A DNA stretch of 64,000 nucleotides from the human T2T-CHM13v2.0 reference genome, Homo sapiens. The notes under the pieces were generated by a model. That model did not search any database, was not told the DNA's origin, and saw nothing but the letters and a program-made list of their open reading frames with translations. Where the stretch lies: the NCBI RefSeq assembly GCF_009914755.1, contig NC_060930.1; one strand, written 5' to 3'. Positions 26,870-41,858 of this stretch are shown one piece after another; within the stretch, counting starts at the first letter, position 1, and each line of letters opens with the position of its first letter. Made by a program: the position numbers and the translations under genes.

Positions 26870-27412
26870 TCTAGGTGAGAAAGTAAAGATGAATCCACAA
26901 CAAACTTCTACACAAATGTTTATAGCAGCACTATTCATAAAAGCCAAAAAGTGGAAACAGCCCAAATGTTCATCCACTGATGGATGGATAAACAGCATGT
27001 GCTATGCATATACAATGGAATATTATTCAGCAGGAAAAAGGAACGAAGTACTGATACATGCTACCACATGGATGAATGTTGAAAACATCGTGCTAAGTGA
27101 AAGAAGCCAGGCACACAAGTCCATAGATTGTATGATTTCATTTATATGAGATGTCCAGAATAGGTAACTCTAAGAGGCAGAAAGTAGATTCATAGATGCC
27201 TTTGGCTGGGGGAAATGGGCAGGGTGGAGGGAGGAGGTGCTGGGGAAGTGAAAACTAAAGGGTGTGTGATTTCCTTTTGGGCTGAGGAAAATGTTTTATA
27301 ACTGATCGTGGCAATAGATTCACATGCTATAAATATACTAAAAGCCATTGAATTGTACACCGTGTGTGAACTTAATGGCATACTACCTATATCTCAATAA
27401 AACTGTTAAAAT
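26870..27412 (+). mobile_element. L1MB 3' end
   Basis: ORF2 C-terminal remnant MFIAALFIKAKKWKQPKCSST; ends 'atatctcaataaaactgttaaaa'. Confidence 0.9.
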
Positions 27413-27789
27413 ATGCCTTTGTTGGTGCTCATTGTAAAGAAAATTTAGAGTTACATCATCAATTACTATGATGAGATGAAATAACTACCAGTAGTCTAGA
27501 TAAATGGCCAAAAAAATAGCAAGGTGGCTCAGAAGTGGAATAAACTGAATCTATTTTTCTTTATTTCCTGCTCTTTACCTTATTTACTAGATCATTGTTG
27601 TAGACTCTGCTAGGAAATAATCTGAATGTCAGTTTAACACTGTGATAGGCTCACTCCATCTGCAAACATTATGGACCACCTACTTGATGATGAAAATTGC
27701 ACTGGCCACTAGAGATAGAATGACATACCAAAATGTAAAATTCACTCAGGGAGTTAATTGCAAAAATTTCCAGTTTTTTAGAAGACAAT

Positions 27790-28475
27790 TGTATTAGTCC
27801 GTTTTCAAACTGCTATAAAGAAATATCTGACACTGGGTAATTTATAAAGGAAAGAAGTTTAATTGACTCACAGTTCCAGATGGCTTTGGAAGCCTCAGGA
27901 AACTTACAATCATGGCAGAAGTCAAAGGGGTTCCATGTGTTCTCATTGTTCAATTCCCACCTATAAGTGAGAACATGCGGTGTTTGGTTTTTGTCCTTGT
28001 GATAGTTTGCTGAGAATGATGGACACAGGAAGGGGAACATCACACACTGGGGCCTGTTGTCGGGGGGAGTGGGGAGGGATAGCATTAGGAGATATACCTA
28101 ATGTTAAATGACGAGTTACTGGGTGCAGCACACCAACATGGCATATGTATACATATGTAACTAACCTGCACGTTGTGCACATGTACCCTAAAACTTAAAG
28201 TATAATAATAAAAAAAAAGAAGTCAAAGGGGGAAGCAATCAACTTCTTCACAAGGCAGCAAGAGAGAGAAGAGAAAAGGAGGAACTTCCGAACACTTATG
28301 AAACCATCAGATCTCATGAGAACTCACTCACTATCAGGAGAAAAGCATGGGGGAAAACACCCCATGACCCAATCACCTGCTTCCCTCGACACGTAGGGAC
28401 TGCAGGTCCCTCCTTTGACACATGGGGATTATAAGAGATGAGATTTGGCTGGGGACACTGAGCCAAACAATATCA
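27790..28475 (-). mobile_element. THE1D-like MaLR solo LTR, interrupted by L1PA
   Basis: tgtattagtccgtttt...agccaaacaatatca termini; acaat/aaaat flanks. Confidence 0.9.
27931..28217 (+). mobile_element. Short 5'-inverted young L1PA (PA3/4-like)
   Basis: 27931-28020 antisense plus 28019-28217 sense L1 3' UTR with A tail. TSD agaagtcaaagggg at 27917-27930 and 28218-28231. Confidence 0.95.
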
Positions 28476-30057
28476 AAAATGAAGGAGATAACATTTGTTG
28501 AACACATTCTATGTCCCAGACACTGCGCCAGGTATTGTGCATAGATTTTAAGTTGTAACAATAGTCAATTGAAAAACCTTTTATCACACTGCAGTTAATA
28601 TTAGTTGGCTACAAGAAAATTGAAATCATTAAATGGTTCAGTTAACTTTCATGTATTTCATATATAAACTCAGTCACTTCTTTTTCATTACTGTAATTCA
28701 AGAACCTCCTCCACTAACAATGATCAAAATATAGTAGATGTGATAAACATTTGTTGAACTCTCAAAGGCAATTAATGATTTAGCAATATAATTGCCTTGT
28801 GACTGTGTAGTTCATTAAAATCCAAAGTGCCACCAAATAGTTGTCTTATTGATTCTTTTAATCTCCAGCTCAAGAAAGCAGAAAAAGAAAGCGATTTGCA
28901 AAGGCAGCATATAGAGAGTACTGAGTGTCGTTTGTGAGCCTGATTAAGCCCAATGCAAGGTTCTGGGCTATCATGGATATTGTGGTCTGATGATTTTTCC
29001 ACTGATTTGCAAGACTAACCACTGCTTTCTGCTTTATTTCACCTGGCTTCCAAGACTCCCTCAGGCACAGGAGTTGCTTTATTCTTTTGTACTCAAGCTT
29101 GAAAAGTGAGTTTCTCTTTATTACATATGCTTTTGGTATACAGCATCTGAAGGCAGAAGCTTAGCTAGGGACAACATTTGCCCCTGGTGCAGTCAGGTGG
29201 ATGATACCAACCCTTCTAAGTGTGACCTTTCTTCTGAGAACAAAGTGCTTTCCAAATATTATCTGACTGAGCTCAGAACCCCAGCAGAGAGGCTTGGAGA
29301 CAGAGACTAGTATTAAATTATTTCACACCTGGGAGAATCAAATAAAAAGAAACTTTCCAACGGAAATGTGAGAAAATTTTAACCTCTTAATTACTAGAGG
29401 CAAACTGTCCAAGAAATAATTTGAGGATGAATTTGCCTCCTGCATATGGACAATGGCTAACACAGCCCACAGTGCTTGGGTGTATTCTGCTTAAATGGTA
29501 GCCATCCAATACACCCAGATTCAGGCATTGCAAACAGCCCTTTGCTCAAAGGAAACTGCCTGACAGTGCCTTAAACCTGGTGGGCTCTTGATAAAGGAGT
29601 GTTAAATTGATTTTGGAAAATGTGATAGTGATTCTTGGCATAAAAATAGAGTAACTGCTATAAGCAAGAAGATACATAAGACAGTGTCTACAATAATTGC
29701 TGCTGTGACCTTAATAAGGAGACGTAGACACCATGAAGTCACTTGCTACGAATTTAGATTGCATCCTCCCATAGCAGGACTTGGGAGGTATGTATATACA
29801 GCTGTTATATACATCTATATATGTATTTTAACATACACATGTGTGCATGTGTGTGCACGTGTGTGTGTGTAAACTAGCACTTATATATACATAGTATATG
29901 TGTATATATGCTGAAATAAATATATATAATGAATGAAAAGTACAAACGACCTATTAGAGTTTGAATTAAAACAATTCTTTATCAATTGATTTCTGTGACT
30001 GACCATTTTTACTAAGTTATTCATTGGAACGGTAAAAAATTAGTAAATAACCCACCC

Positions 30058-30230
30058 TCTAAGTATGTGAACTTGGCCAAGTTATTGACTCTCCGTATGC
30101 CTCAGTTTCTTCATCTGCAAAATGAGGTTAATAATATCATTTACCTCATTGGGTTATATAAGCATTAAATGAGTTAATAACCAAAAGCACATATTCCAGC
30201 GCCCAGTGTAGCATGTGCTTCATAAGTGCT
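30058..30230 (+). mobile_element. MIR
   Basis: 'tgtgaacttggccaagttattgactctccgtatgcctcagtttcttcatctgcaaaatgag'. Confidence 0.88.
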
Positions 30231-30360
30231 GGTTGTCTCTGTTACTGTTGTTGTGGTTGTTGCTAGGTGTTCATCATCAGAGGAATGGAAATGAAAATGT
30301 GGTGTGTGTGTTTTATATATATATATGTATGTGTGTGTGTGTTTTATATATATATATATA

Positions 30361-30527
30361 AATAAAGCTTAAAAAAGAAGAAAAAATAATGTTTTGTTAT
30401 TCTCATCCGGGAGTACCAACAAGTGAAATAAAACCTCCAAATTCATTGTAACAAAGTTTTCTGTAGGCTTCTAAGTGATACTGAAATTGTAATTTTTAAA
30501 ACATCTTTACTGTTATTCAAAAGTCAA
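30361..30527 (+). repeat. 167-bp dispersed duplicate of 31739-31905
   Basis: The two copies differ at 3 positions; offset 1378 bp. Confidence 0.97.
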
Positions 30528-31342
30528 GTTTGTGTTTATATATATATATATATATATAAAACATACACACACATACAATGGGATATTATTCGATCTGTAA
30601 AAAAGAAGGAAATCCTGTCATTTGTGACAAATTGGATGAGCCTGGAGGACATTATGCTAAGTGAAACAAGCCAGACGCAGAAAGAAAATACTGATGATCT
30701 CACTTATATGTGAAATCGAAAAACATTGAACTCATAAAGTCAGAGAGTAGAAAAGTGATGACCAGGAACTAAGGGTTGGGGGAAAAGGGGAGATGTTGGT
30801 CAAAGGTACAGGCTCTCGGCTATAAGATGAATAAGTTCTGGAGACTTACTGTACAGCATGGTGACTATAGTAATAATAACGTATTGCATACTTGAAATTT
30901 GCTAAGAGAGTAGATTTTAAGTATTCGCACACAAAATCAGTAACAATGTGAGGCGATGGATATGTTAATTAGCTTGACTGATTAACATATGGAAATCATT
31001 TTGCAATGAATATGTATGTCAAAACCTCATGTTACATAGAAGCAGAGAGTAGAACAGTGGTTACCAAAGGCTGGGGTGTGTGGGGGCAGGAAGAGAAGAC
31101 AGAGTTTGGTCAAAGGATACAAAATTAAGATTAGCCCAAAGGAATAAGTTCTGGTGTTCTAATGCACAGTAGAATGACTACAGTTAATGGTAAAGTATTG
31201 TATATTACAAAATAGCTAAAAGAGAGACTTGAATATTCTCACCACAAAGAAATGATAAATGGATAAAGTGATAGATACACTACCCTGATTTGATCATTAT
31301 ACAACATAGATATGAATAAAAACATCAAAGCACACCCCATAA

Positions 31343-31705
<363 letters not shown>

Positions 31706-31889
31706 ATATATACCATTCTTACTTGTCAATTATACCTCAATAAAGCTTAAAAAAGAAGAAAAAATAATGTTTTGTTATTCTCATCCTGGAGTGCCAACAA
31801 GTGAAATAAAACCTCCAAATTCATTGTAACAAAGTTCTCTGTAGGCTTCTAAGTGATACTGAAATTGTAATTTTTAAAACATCTTTACT

Positions 31890-32585
31890 GTTATTCAAAA
31901 GTCAAAAATAAGAGATGTCGGTGAGGTTGTGGAGAAAAGGGGACGCTTATACGTTGTTGGTGGGAATGTAAATTAGTCCAGCTACTGTGGAAAGCAGTCC
32001 AGAGAGTTCTCAAAGAACTTAACCACCATTCAACCCAGCCATCCCATTACTGGGTATACCCAAGGGAAAATAAATTGTTCTACCAAAAAGACACACGTAC
32101 TCTTATGTTCCTTGCAGCAATATTCACAGTAGAAAAGACATAGAATCAACTTGGATGCCCATCAACAGTGGACGGAATAAAGAAAATGTGGTACATATAC
32201 ACTATGGAAACCATATACAGAGCCATAAAAAAGAATGAAATCATGTCCTTTGCAGTGACATGGATGCAGCTGGAGGCCATTATCCTAAGCGAACTAATGC
32301 AGAAACAGAAAACCAAATACCACATGTTCTCACTTATAAGTACAAGCTAAACATTGAGTACACATGGACATAAAGACGGGAATAACAGACGCTGGGGACC
32401 GCTGGAAGAGTGAGGGAGGGAGGGGGTGGACGGGGCTGAAAAACTTCAGGTTGGGTATTCTGCTTGTTACCTGGGCGACGGGATCATGCAGGCCCCAAAC
32501 CTCAACGTCACACAAAAGTTTATGTAACCAACCTGCACATGTACCCCCGAATCTAAAAGTTGAAATTTCAACAATAAAAAATAAA
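31890..32585 (+). mobile_element. L1PA15/16-type 3' fragment
   Basis: ORF2 C-terminal remnant IKKNEIMSFAVTWMQLEAIILSEL; matching 3' UTR and A tail. Confidence 0.9.
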
Positions 32586-33599
32586 GTAGCCTTTATATGG
32601 TAGAATTATAAATAGCCTGATCTTTTGTTTGTTTGTTTTTGCTATGATGACTATTTCAAACAGGTAACCAGTAACCAGTTCAAGTCCGGGGAATATTTAC
32701 AGTATAAATAAGGAAATCCTTACAAGTCTTGCCTCTCATATTTGTTACTACAGCTAGCTAGAACATTTTCTATATATCTTGAATTAGAATTTGTTTAATG
32801 CTTGAGGATATGATTTTAATTTTTCATTTCTAAAAACTTATTAATCAAACAATTTTTACCTTAATCAAGGTGTTTAAGTAGCTCTTTCTTGAGTCATGCT
32901 TACCAAGGACACAGACTCAGGGTTGGCTTTAGATAAAACTGTAAAAAGACAGCATTTGGTTTTACGCCCCCAGTTTACCCCATCTGTTTTCTTAACCTTC
33001 CTCAACCTCCACCTTCCACTTTCTTCCCTGTCCTCCAAAGCAAACTGTGTCTACATCACCTACCTGATTTAACCCATCAAAACTTCTTAAAAGAAGCAAC
33101 TGAAATTAACATACCATCATGTCTTTTTATTTTGGTGATTTTCCCCATACTGAATTTTAATAAGAAGCAATGCTTGAGCTTCTCACATCAGGGTATCTTT
33201 AATCCTGTGGTACATTTGGCTGCCAGAGTATGCAAAGTCACAGGATAAACACGGTACATCTTCTTGAATGTAAAGATTAATGGTACCTCATTTTAAATAT
33301 TTGTATGCTAAAATAAGCATGGCTACATTATAAGTGGGGATGGCAAAGTACCCCACAATTTTAAAGATAAAACACAAAACTGTGAAAAGAAAGCTTATAT
33401 TTGTGATAGGCTATTTGAGCCAAAGCCCTCAAAGCCACCCATTCCTCTACCATTGATGTCATGACCCTCTGCTACCAGACAGGCATCTGCAGAAACATTT
33501 CAGGAGCACTATCTCAGTTAAAGGGATGAAGCCCTAATGTGTAATTGCTGTATCATCCAGCTGGTAAGTTACCATAAATTGGCAAGAGGATGATGACTT

Positions 33600-33780
33600 T
33601 CATATAGCAAAAAGAAGTTGAAGTTCCAATATTGACTGGCTGTGTGATCTTGGGCAAATCGCTTAACCTCTCTGAGTAAATTTGCAAATCTGTGAATTGG
33701 GAATGAAGGCTTCACAAACACTGTTGAAGCTGAAGGAAAACAATTGTGAATACAGTTTATACACTATAAAATGCTATATA
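33600..33780 (+). mobile_element. MIR
   Basis: 'actggctgtgtgatcttgggcaaatcgcttaacctctctgag'. Confidence 0.8.
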
Positions 33781-34947
33781 AAAGTAACATACTCTGGTTT
33801 GTTTCTGTTGTGGCTCAATCACTAGTTTTGTGGAAATGTCTGAAGGCCTTCTCTGAACCCTGGAATCTCACGGTACAGTGGAGCCCCATCCTGCCTACTG
33901 ACTTGACTGCTGGTCTCCTATTTTCTTGTGGGCATACTTCTGGACTTTTAAGCTCAAGTTGCAAATTGTCTGTGGAGGCGTGTCAAAATTTGATCAAAAA
34001 TAATTATCCATTTTGCGTAGTAAGATCTTACACAGAAATACAAAAACGTGTACATTTTAGAGAATCTGTGTGCTCAGTTCTGGTTCACTTTCCTCTTCCT
34101 GGAGGATCTGCAGGAGGCTTGCAAGAAATGCAGGGTTAGCTCTAGTGATGACTACTTGAGAGCTGGAAGTAGCTCAAGTAATTACATTCCTTTCATTTGG
34201 GACAAAGATTACCTCTATCTTTGGTTTGTTTGCCATCTGTCCTGGTAAATCTTCTGGGGAGAGACAAATATTCAGCTCTAGATTTTAGGTCAATGGGCTA
34301 TTTATAAAAATAGAAAATAATGCCTTCATCTGAACTTGAAACTCTTGCAGTAGGTTTGGATATAGAAATGCCACTTCCATTGTAGAAAGGTAAGCCATGC
34401 ACTGCATATAGATAAATCATGCAGTATTTCACCCCTAAAAAGTACCCGAAATTGTCTTTTTTAGTTTCTTTTTCTTGCAACTGCTTGATGCAGACAGTTT
34501 TCCTTTAAATTGCTACTGCATTCTCCTTGTTGTGTGGACAACTGGGGAACTTGAGTCAACCTTGGGCATAGGAATTGTGAAGTTGGAGACACAGAATGCA
34601 TGACCACTTTAAGGCTCCAAGAATAGTACCTCTCAAGAAAGGGTATGTTGGCAAACAGGCATTAAAAGTGTGTTTTCCTAGAGATTATTCTGGATAATGT
34701 GTTCTAATATATTCTGCTCCAGCTTGAGAGTTCACACATGTGACCACTGATCCCAGGCCTACCACTGACTGTACAACTGGTAGACCAGCCTCCTGCCCTG
34801 CTGGTATTCAAGGAAACTTAGGTAATGATGGAAAAGATGGATAAATATTCTAAGGAGATGAGAACAATCTCAGCTCTAATCTTCCCTTTAGCTTTGAGCA
34901 AGTTTGTTCACTTTCACAAACCCGCTTTCAGATTTTAGGGCACATTC

Positions 34948-35073
34948 CCCTTCCTTCCTTCCTTCCTTCCTTCCTTCCTTCCTTCCTTCCTTCCTTCCTT
35001 CCTTCCTTCCTTCCTCCCTCCCTCCCTCCCTCCCTTCCTTCCTTCCTCCCTTCCTTCCTCCCTTCCTTCCTTC
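34948..35073. repeat. (TTCC)n/(TCCC)n polypyrimidine microsatellite, tail of the adjacent Alu
   Basis: Directly visible. Confidence 0.97.
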
Positions 35074-35212
35074 CATGGCATCTCACTATGTTGGTCAGGC
35101 TGGAGTGCAGTGGCTATTCATGGGCATGATCATAGCACACGCTGGTTGCAAGAGATCCTCCTGCCGTAGCCTCCAAGTAGCAGAGACTACAGGTGTGTGC
35201 CATGACACGTCA
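35074..35212 (-). mobile_element. Old Alu monomer (FAM/FRAM-like)
   Basis: 'tctcactatgttggtcaggctggagtgcagtggctattcatgggcatgatcatagcacac' resembles 7SL-proximal FAM. Confidence 0.8.
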
Positions 35213-35401
35213 CTTTCTTTTCTGTTAAGAGAGATGATTATTTTCATATTGTCTCACAATTACACGGGTAATACATGCTCATTTCCAGAGAACAAAGGTA
35301 GATACAAAGAGGATAATAAAAATAACCTTTGTGAACATTTTAAAAGTCACCTTTCATGACTTTTAGCTATGCATATGTGTGTATTTAAAAATCAGAATTC
35401 T

Positions 35402-35715
<314 letters not shown>

Positions 35716-36496
35716 TAAAAATTAAAATCCTAACAGAGTCATTGAACATTAGCATGTCTTCTCTAAACTGTTTATGTCCTTTGACCAATTTTATTTTTTG
35801 ACAGGGGGAATATTTTAAATCTTTATTAAAACGGTGCACAAAATACTGATTAATAACTTCAAATTTTGCAGAATTCATAAATTACCATGCTTCTAATTAC
35901 AGAGATAAGACATCCTTCTTGTCAGAAACTTTTACCCTAACCGTAAAACTTAATTCTTCTTTCTGATGAAGCAATTATTGAGTAATTGATTTACTTATAG
36001 TGACGGCATAATGTACTTGATTTTAAGAACTATTGGCTAAATATGTTCTAATTGATTCAAAAGAACTTGCAATGCAAATTTTGTGTATCAGTTATAAACC
36101 ATTAGAGATATAACACTTACTGATGATAAATTCAGTACAAGTACATTTTCTGGAGTCTTTTAATTTTAGGTTGATATTGTAAGAATGTCTGCTATAGCCT
36201 GTGGTGGATGGACATATATCAATATGTTTCAAGAAAGCCAAAGGAGAGCCTTGAGCTGACTTAAGGGAAAGCCAAGAGAAGACTTATTAGTACTTCAAAA
36301 TAATTTTAAATGCCTTTTAAACTGGACTTGATATTTTTATATTCATTATTTTTTATCTTAAAAATCACCTATACAAACTATTCTAATTTCCTATTTTGAC
36401 AAATATATTGATGGCAACGTTCTGCTTCTAGCAAGGTTTGATAAAAGTACCAACCAATTCTCTGCCCCTAAATTTTATTAGTTAAAACACCAAGAA

Positions 36497-36826
36497 GGCC
36501 AGACTTGGTGGCTTACGCCTGTAATCCTAGCACTTTGGGAGGCCGAAGCAGGCAGATCAGGAGGTCAGCAGTTTGAGACCAGCCTGCCCAATATGGTGAA
36601 ACCTCGTCTCTACTGAAAATACAAAAATTAACCAGGCGTAGTGGCACGCTCCTGTAGTCCCAGCTACTCAGGAGGCTGAGGCAGGAGAATCGCTGGAACC
36701 CAGGAGGCGGCGGTTGCAGCGAGCCAAGATTGTACCACTGCACTCTAGCCTGGGAGACACAGCAAGACTCCATCTCAAAACAAAACAAAACAAAACAAAA
36801 CAAACAAACAAACAAACAAACAAAAA
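36497..36826 (+). mobile_element. AluS with (CAAAA)n/(CAAA)n tail
   Basis: Full dimer. Confidence 0.95.
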
Positions 36827-37741
36827 GAAATCATGTCTTATAACCAAGTTTTCCAAAAAATTTTATGGTGACATTCCAGTTTTCTGAACTGTTAGAAAAG
36901 TTTCTGATTGTTATTTAGACCCATTAACTTTTAAAACAAAATTTACTTTGAAAATACAATCTAAGAGAAAGTCAATCACATTCACAAATGGAATCTATGT
37001 GAATAACTAAATAGGTTAATAATCTATATTCAATTGCTGAATGTCCACATGAATATCAAATGGACTGGTGCTTCGTTATTTACTTATTTAGCTTTTATGT
37101 TAGCAATAATCCTTTGCCCAAATTTTTAAGCAGGAATTCATCTTTTTCTGATTGAATTGCAAATCCTAATTGTCTATTAAGGATAGTAACATCTTATCAT
37201 AGATGTAGTGACTTTGTGTCTGGTTTGTTCTTGGTCTTATAATTTATTAGGTTTTTAAAAAGTAAAAGTAACTATAATTTTTTTGAATGGCAAAAGCAAA
37301 AGGTATCACTGCAAAAAAAAGAAATAGCAAATATCAGTAAGCAAACAGAGCTTGTTGAAAAACAAAAGTTCACATTAACCTGCACCTAGAGATAACCACT
37401 ATTAATACCTAGCAACTAAGAATTAGAAAATACATCTTTCCTGATGCTTTCACCTACATGAGCACATATTTCTCTTGACTATGGTTACTTGAGAATTGTT
37501 GCTGACTCTTTTTTATTTTGCAGTGAGCTATGCCTTTTTACTTCAGGTCTATGAATTAAAATCTCCACATAATTCAATTCTGGGGTTTTTTTCTCCTGTT
37601 TGAGAGACTTGACAGGCAGTTAAATCCATGTACTCTTCTAACAGGTTTTCCCCCTTTCTATTTCTCTGATTCAGTCTTTTGCCAAAAAGACTTTGTTTCT
37701 CCCTCTCATCTTTCCCTCTCTTTCTCTGTATTTTATTTTGA

Positions 37742-38183
<442 letters not shown>

Positions 38184-39065
38184 TAAGATGAAAAAAGGTA
38201 GCATTACCTCCTATCCTTTCCTCAGCTTGATCTAACCTGGAATTTTAGAACTCAATTATGATTATGTCATTATTATTTAATTAACTAATTATTTGTGTTT
38301 TACTATTATAGAAAGCTTCTCTGTCAAGGCCTACTGATATTTTTATCATGTTGTAGGTGCATATTTATGTAAACTGGGTGTCTGTCTCATATTAAATTAG
38401 TTTCAATGCTCCTGCTCACTGCTGTTTCTTCTGTTGCCATAACCCACGCATTTTCCAGTTGTCTATTTTGATTTCTTGCTCAGTTACATGGACCAACTGG
38501 TGGAGACCCAAGTTTATGTCCTGTCACCCCTGTGCATGGCATACAGGTATGTGGCATCACTCTCTTTTCCTCAGCACCTGATGAGCCCTTTTCATCTAGA
38601 ATCTGGTGTTTAGGAAAACTTTCTTCTTCCTTTCATTATTGCCTTGGGTCCATCAGAAACACTATTCTTCTGGAAGTCATAAATGTGAGCTCCTCATTAT
38701 GTTCTGTGTGCCTCAGCATTTCTTTTCTTCCTTCTTTCATTTTTATCTCTATATTTTCTGTCTTAATCTCAGGAACAGTTTTGAGGGTTTTTTTCTACTT
38801 AAAAAATTTCATATTTTCAGTATCATATCTAGCATGCATTGCATACATCATGGTTTTTTATCTGAATACTTGTGTCTTTAATCTCTTTATATACAACTCT
38901 GATTTTAGAACCTCATGGCTCCTTATTTTGGATTCATGTATGCAAATTCTTTTAAGGCATATTGATAACATAGTCAAAGCCATTTAACTTTTTCCCTACT
39001 CCTTCTTGAGGTAAATCTGTTTCAGAGGGAAGCGCTTGCTTTCATTCTTCAGAGCAGTTCTTACA

Positions 39066-39146
39066 TTAGGTTGAAGCATACAAAGTTGCCAGTATTTCAA
39101 CAAGTTTTTACTTACAAACGTGGCAATTTTACAAGATTTAATCTAA
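39066..39146. mobile_element. MADE2 mariner MITE
   Basis: 80-bp near-palindrome ttaggttgaagcatacaaagttgcc...ggcaattttacaagatttaatctaa. Confidence 0.8.
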
Positions 39147-39321
39147 AAGTAATGCTTTATCTTTTCTAAGATGTGTGACTTACCCATCCTTTCAGAAGCA
39201 AGTCTCTGCTGCCCAGATTGGCTTATAGGCAAGTTGAAGTTAAGATGAGTTTGTGGGATTTGTTTGTGGTTTTGTTGCTAATTCTTCAAGTCTAGGTGCT
39301 TAGGGAGAGGGAATGTTTTCC

Positions 39322-39347
39322 TTTTTCTTTCTTTCTGTTTTAATTCC

Positions 39348-39378
<31 letters not shown>

Positions 39379-41858
39379 CAGGATCCACGTGCGGAACGTG
39401 CAGGTTTGTTACATAGGTATACACGTGCCATGGTGGTTTGCTGCACCTATTGACCCATCCTCTAAGTTCCCTCCCCTCACACACCACCCCCCAAAAGGCC
39501 CTGGTGTGTGTTGTTCCCCTCTCTGTGTCCGTGTGTTCTCATTGTTCAACTCCTGCTTGTGAGTGAGAACATACAGTATTTGGTTTTCTGCTCCTGTGTT
39601 AGTTTGCTGAGGATGATTACTTCCAGCTTCATCCATATCTCTGCAAAGGACATAATCTCATTACTTTTTACGGCTGCATAGTATTACATAGCGTATTTGT
39701 ACCACCTTTTCTTTATCCTGTCTACCATTGATGGTAATTTGTGTGGGTTCCAAGTCTTTGCTGTTGTAAATAGTGCTGCAATCAACATACATGTGAATGT
39801 GTCTTTACAGTAGAATGATTTATATTGCTTTGGGTATATACCCAAATAATGGGATTGCTGGGTTAAATGGTATTTCTGGTTCTAGATCCTTGAGGAATCA
39901 CCATACTGTCTTCCACAGTGGTTGAACTAATTTACATTCCCACCAACAGTGTAAAAGCGTTCCTATTTCTCCACAGCCTTGCCAGCATCTATTGTTTCCC
40001 GACTTTTTAATAATTGCCATCTGACTGGCATGAGATAGTATCTCATTGTGGTTTTGATTTGCATTTCTCTAACGACCAGTGATGATGAACTTTTTTCATA
40101 TGTTTGTTGGCCACATAAATGTCTTCTTTTGAGAAATGTCTGTTCAAAAAGTGCTTTGCCCACTTTTTGATGGGGTTGTTTGTTTTTTCTTGTAAATTTA
40201 TTTGAGTTCCTTGTAAATTCTGGATATTAGACCTTTGTCAAATGGGTAGATTGCAAAATTTTTCTCCCATTCTGTAGGTTGCCTGTTCACTCTGATGATA
40301 GTTTCTTTTTGCTGTGCAGAAGCTCTTTGGTTTAATTAGATCCCACTTCTCAATTTTGGCTTTTGTCACACTTCCTCTTGGCATTTTTGTCATGAACTCT
40401 TAGCCCAAGCCTATGTCCTGAATGGTATTGCCTAGGTTTTCTTCTAGCGATTTTATTTTGGGCTTGACATCTAAGTCTTCGATCCATTTCAAGTTAATTT
40501 TTGTAGAAGGTATAAGGAAGGGGTCCAGTTTTAGTTTTCTACATATGGCTAGCCAGTTTTCCCAGCATCATTTACTGAATAAGAGATCCTTTCCCCATTG
40601 CTTGTTTTTGTCAGGAGTGTTGAAGATCAGATGGTTGTAGATGTGTGGTGTTATTTCTGAGGTCTCTGTTCTGCTCCATTGGTGCGTATATCTGTTTTGG
40701 TACCAGTGCCATGCTGTTTTGGTTACTGTAGCCTTGTAGTATAGTTTGAAGTCAAGTAGCATAATGCCTCTGGCTTTGATCTTTTTGCTTAGGATTGTCT
40801 TGGCTATGCAGGGTCTTTGTTGATTCCATGTGAAATTTAAAATAGATTTTTCTAATTCTGTGAAGAATGTCAATGGTAGTTTGATGGGAATAGCACTGAA
40901 TCTATAAATTTCTTTGGGCAGTATGGCCATTTTCACAATATTGATTCTTCCTATCCATGAGCATGGAATGTTTTTCCTTTTGTTTGCATCCTCTCTTATT
41001 TCCTTGAGCAGTGGTTTGTAGTTCTCCTTGATGAGGTCCTTCACACTCCTTGTTAGCTGTATTCCTAGGTATTTTATTCTCTTTGTAACGATTGTGAATG
41101 GGAGTTCATTCATGATATGGCTCTCTGCTTGTCTATTGTTGGTATAAAGGAATGCTTGTGATTTTTGCACATAGATTTTGTATCCTGAGACTTTGCTGAA
41201 GTTGCTTATCAGCTTATGGAGTTTTGAGGCTTAGATGATGGGGTTTTCTAAATATAAAATCCTGTCATCTGCAGACAACTTGACTTCCTCTCTTCCTGTT
41301 TGAATACCCTTTATTTCTTTCTCTTGCCTGATTGCCCTGGGCAGAACTTCCAATACTATGTTGAATAGGAGTGGTGAGAGAGGGCACCCTTGTCTTGTAT
41401 GGGTTTTCAAAGGAAATGCTTCCAGCTTTTGCCCATTCAATATGATATTGGCTGTGGGTTTGACATAAATAGCTCTTTATATTTTGTGATATGATCCATC
41501 AATACCTAGTTTATTGAGAGTTTTTAACATGAAGGGATGTTGAATTTTATCAAAGTCTTTTTATGTATCTATTGAGATAATCATGTGGTTTTTGCCTTTG
41601 GTTCTCTTTCTGTGATGGATTACGTTTATTGATCTGTGTATATTGAACCAGCCTTGTATCCCAGGGATAAAGCCAACTTGATCGTGGTGGATAAGTTTAT
41701 TGATATGCTGCTAGATTCGGTTTGCCAGTATTCTATTGAGGATTTTCACATCAATGTTCATCAGGGATATTGGCCTGAAGTTTTCTTCTTTTGTTGTGTC
41801 TCTTCCCAGTTTTGGTATCAGGATGATGCTGGTTTCATAAAATGAGTTAGGGAGGAGT
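39322..41858 (-). mobile_element. 5'-truncated L1PA8-type element, about 2.5 kb, disrupted ORF2
   Basis: ORFs 40568-41170 and 41231-41440 are L1 ORF2p RT/C-terminal remnants ([16 protein letters not shown]); 3' UTR 'tctaagttccctcccctc'. Confidence 0.95.

Noticed and set aside
27703-27718. TGGCCACTAGAGATAG, CTCF-like
   Set aside because: Lacks the GGC end of the core
34888-35359. 151-aa PSFL-repeat ORF and its antisense ORF
   Set aside because: Translation of (TTCC)n plus Alu
38532-38987. 151-aa hydrophobic ORF
   Set aside because: T-rich antisense of decayed L1-like sequence; no splice or homology support
39352-39378. Long A run as the tail of a processed pseudogene
   Set aside because: It is the expanded T tract of the antisense L1PA8 3' end
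40568-41440. Longest ORFs (200 aa and 69 aa) with reverse-transcriptase similarity
   Set aside because: Fragments of a 5'-truncated, frameshifted L1 ORF2 with a damaged FADD motif; not a gene or an active element
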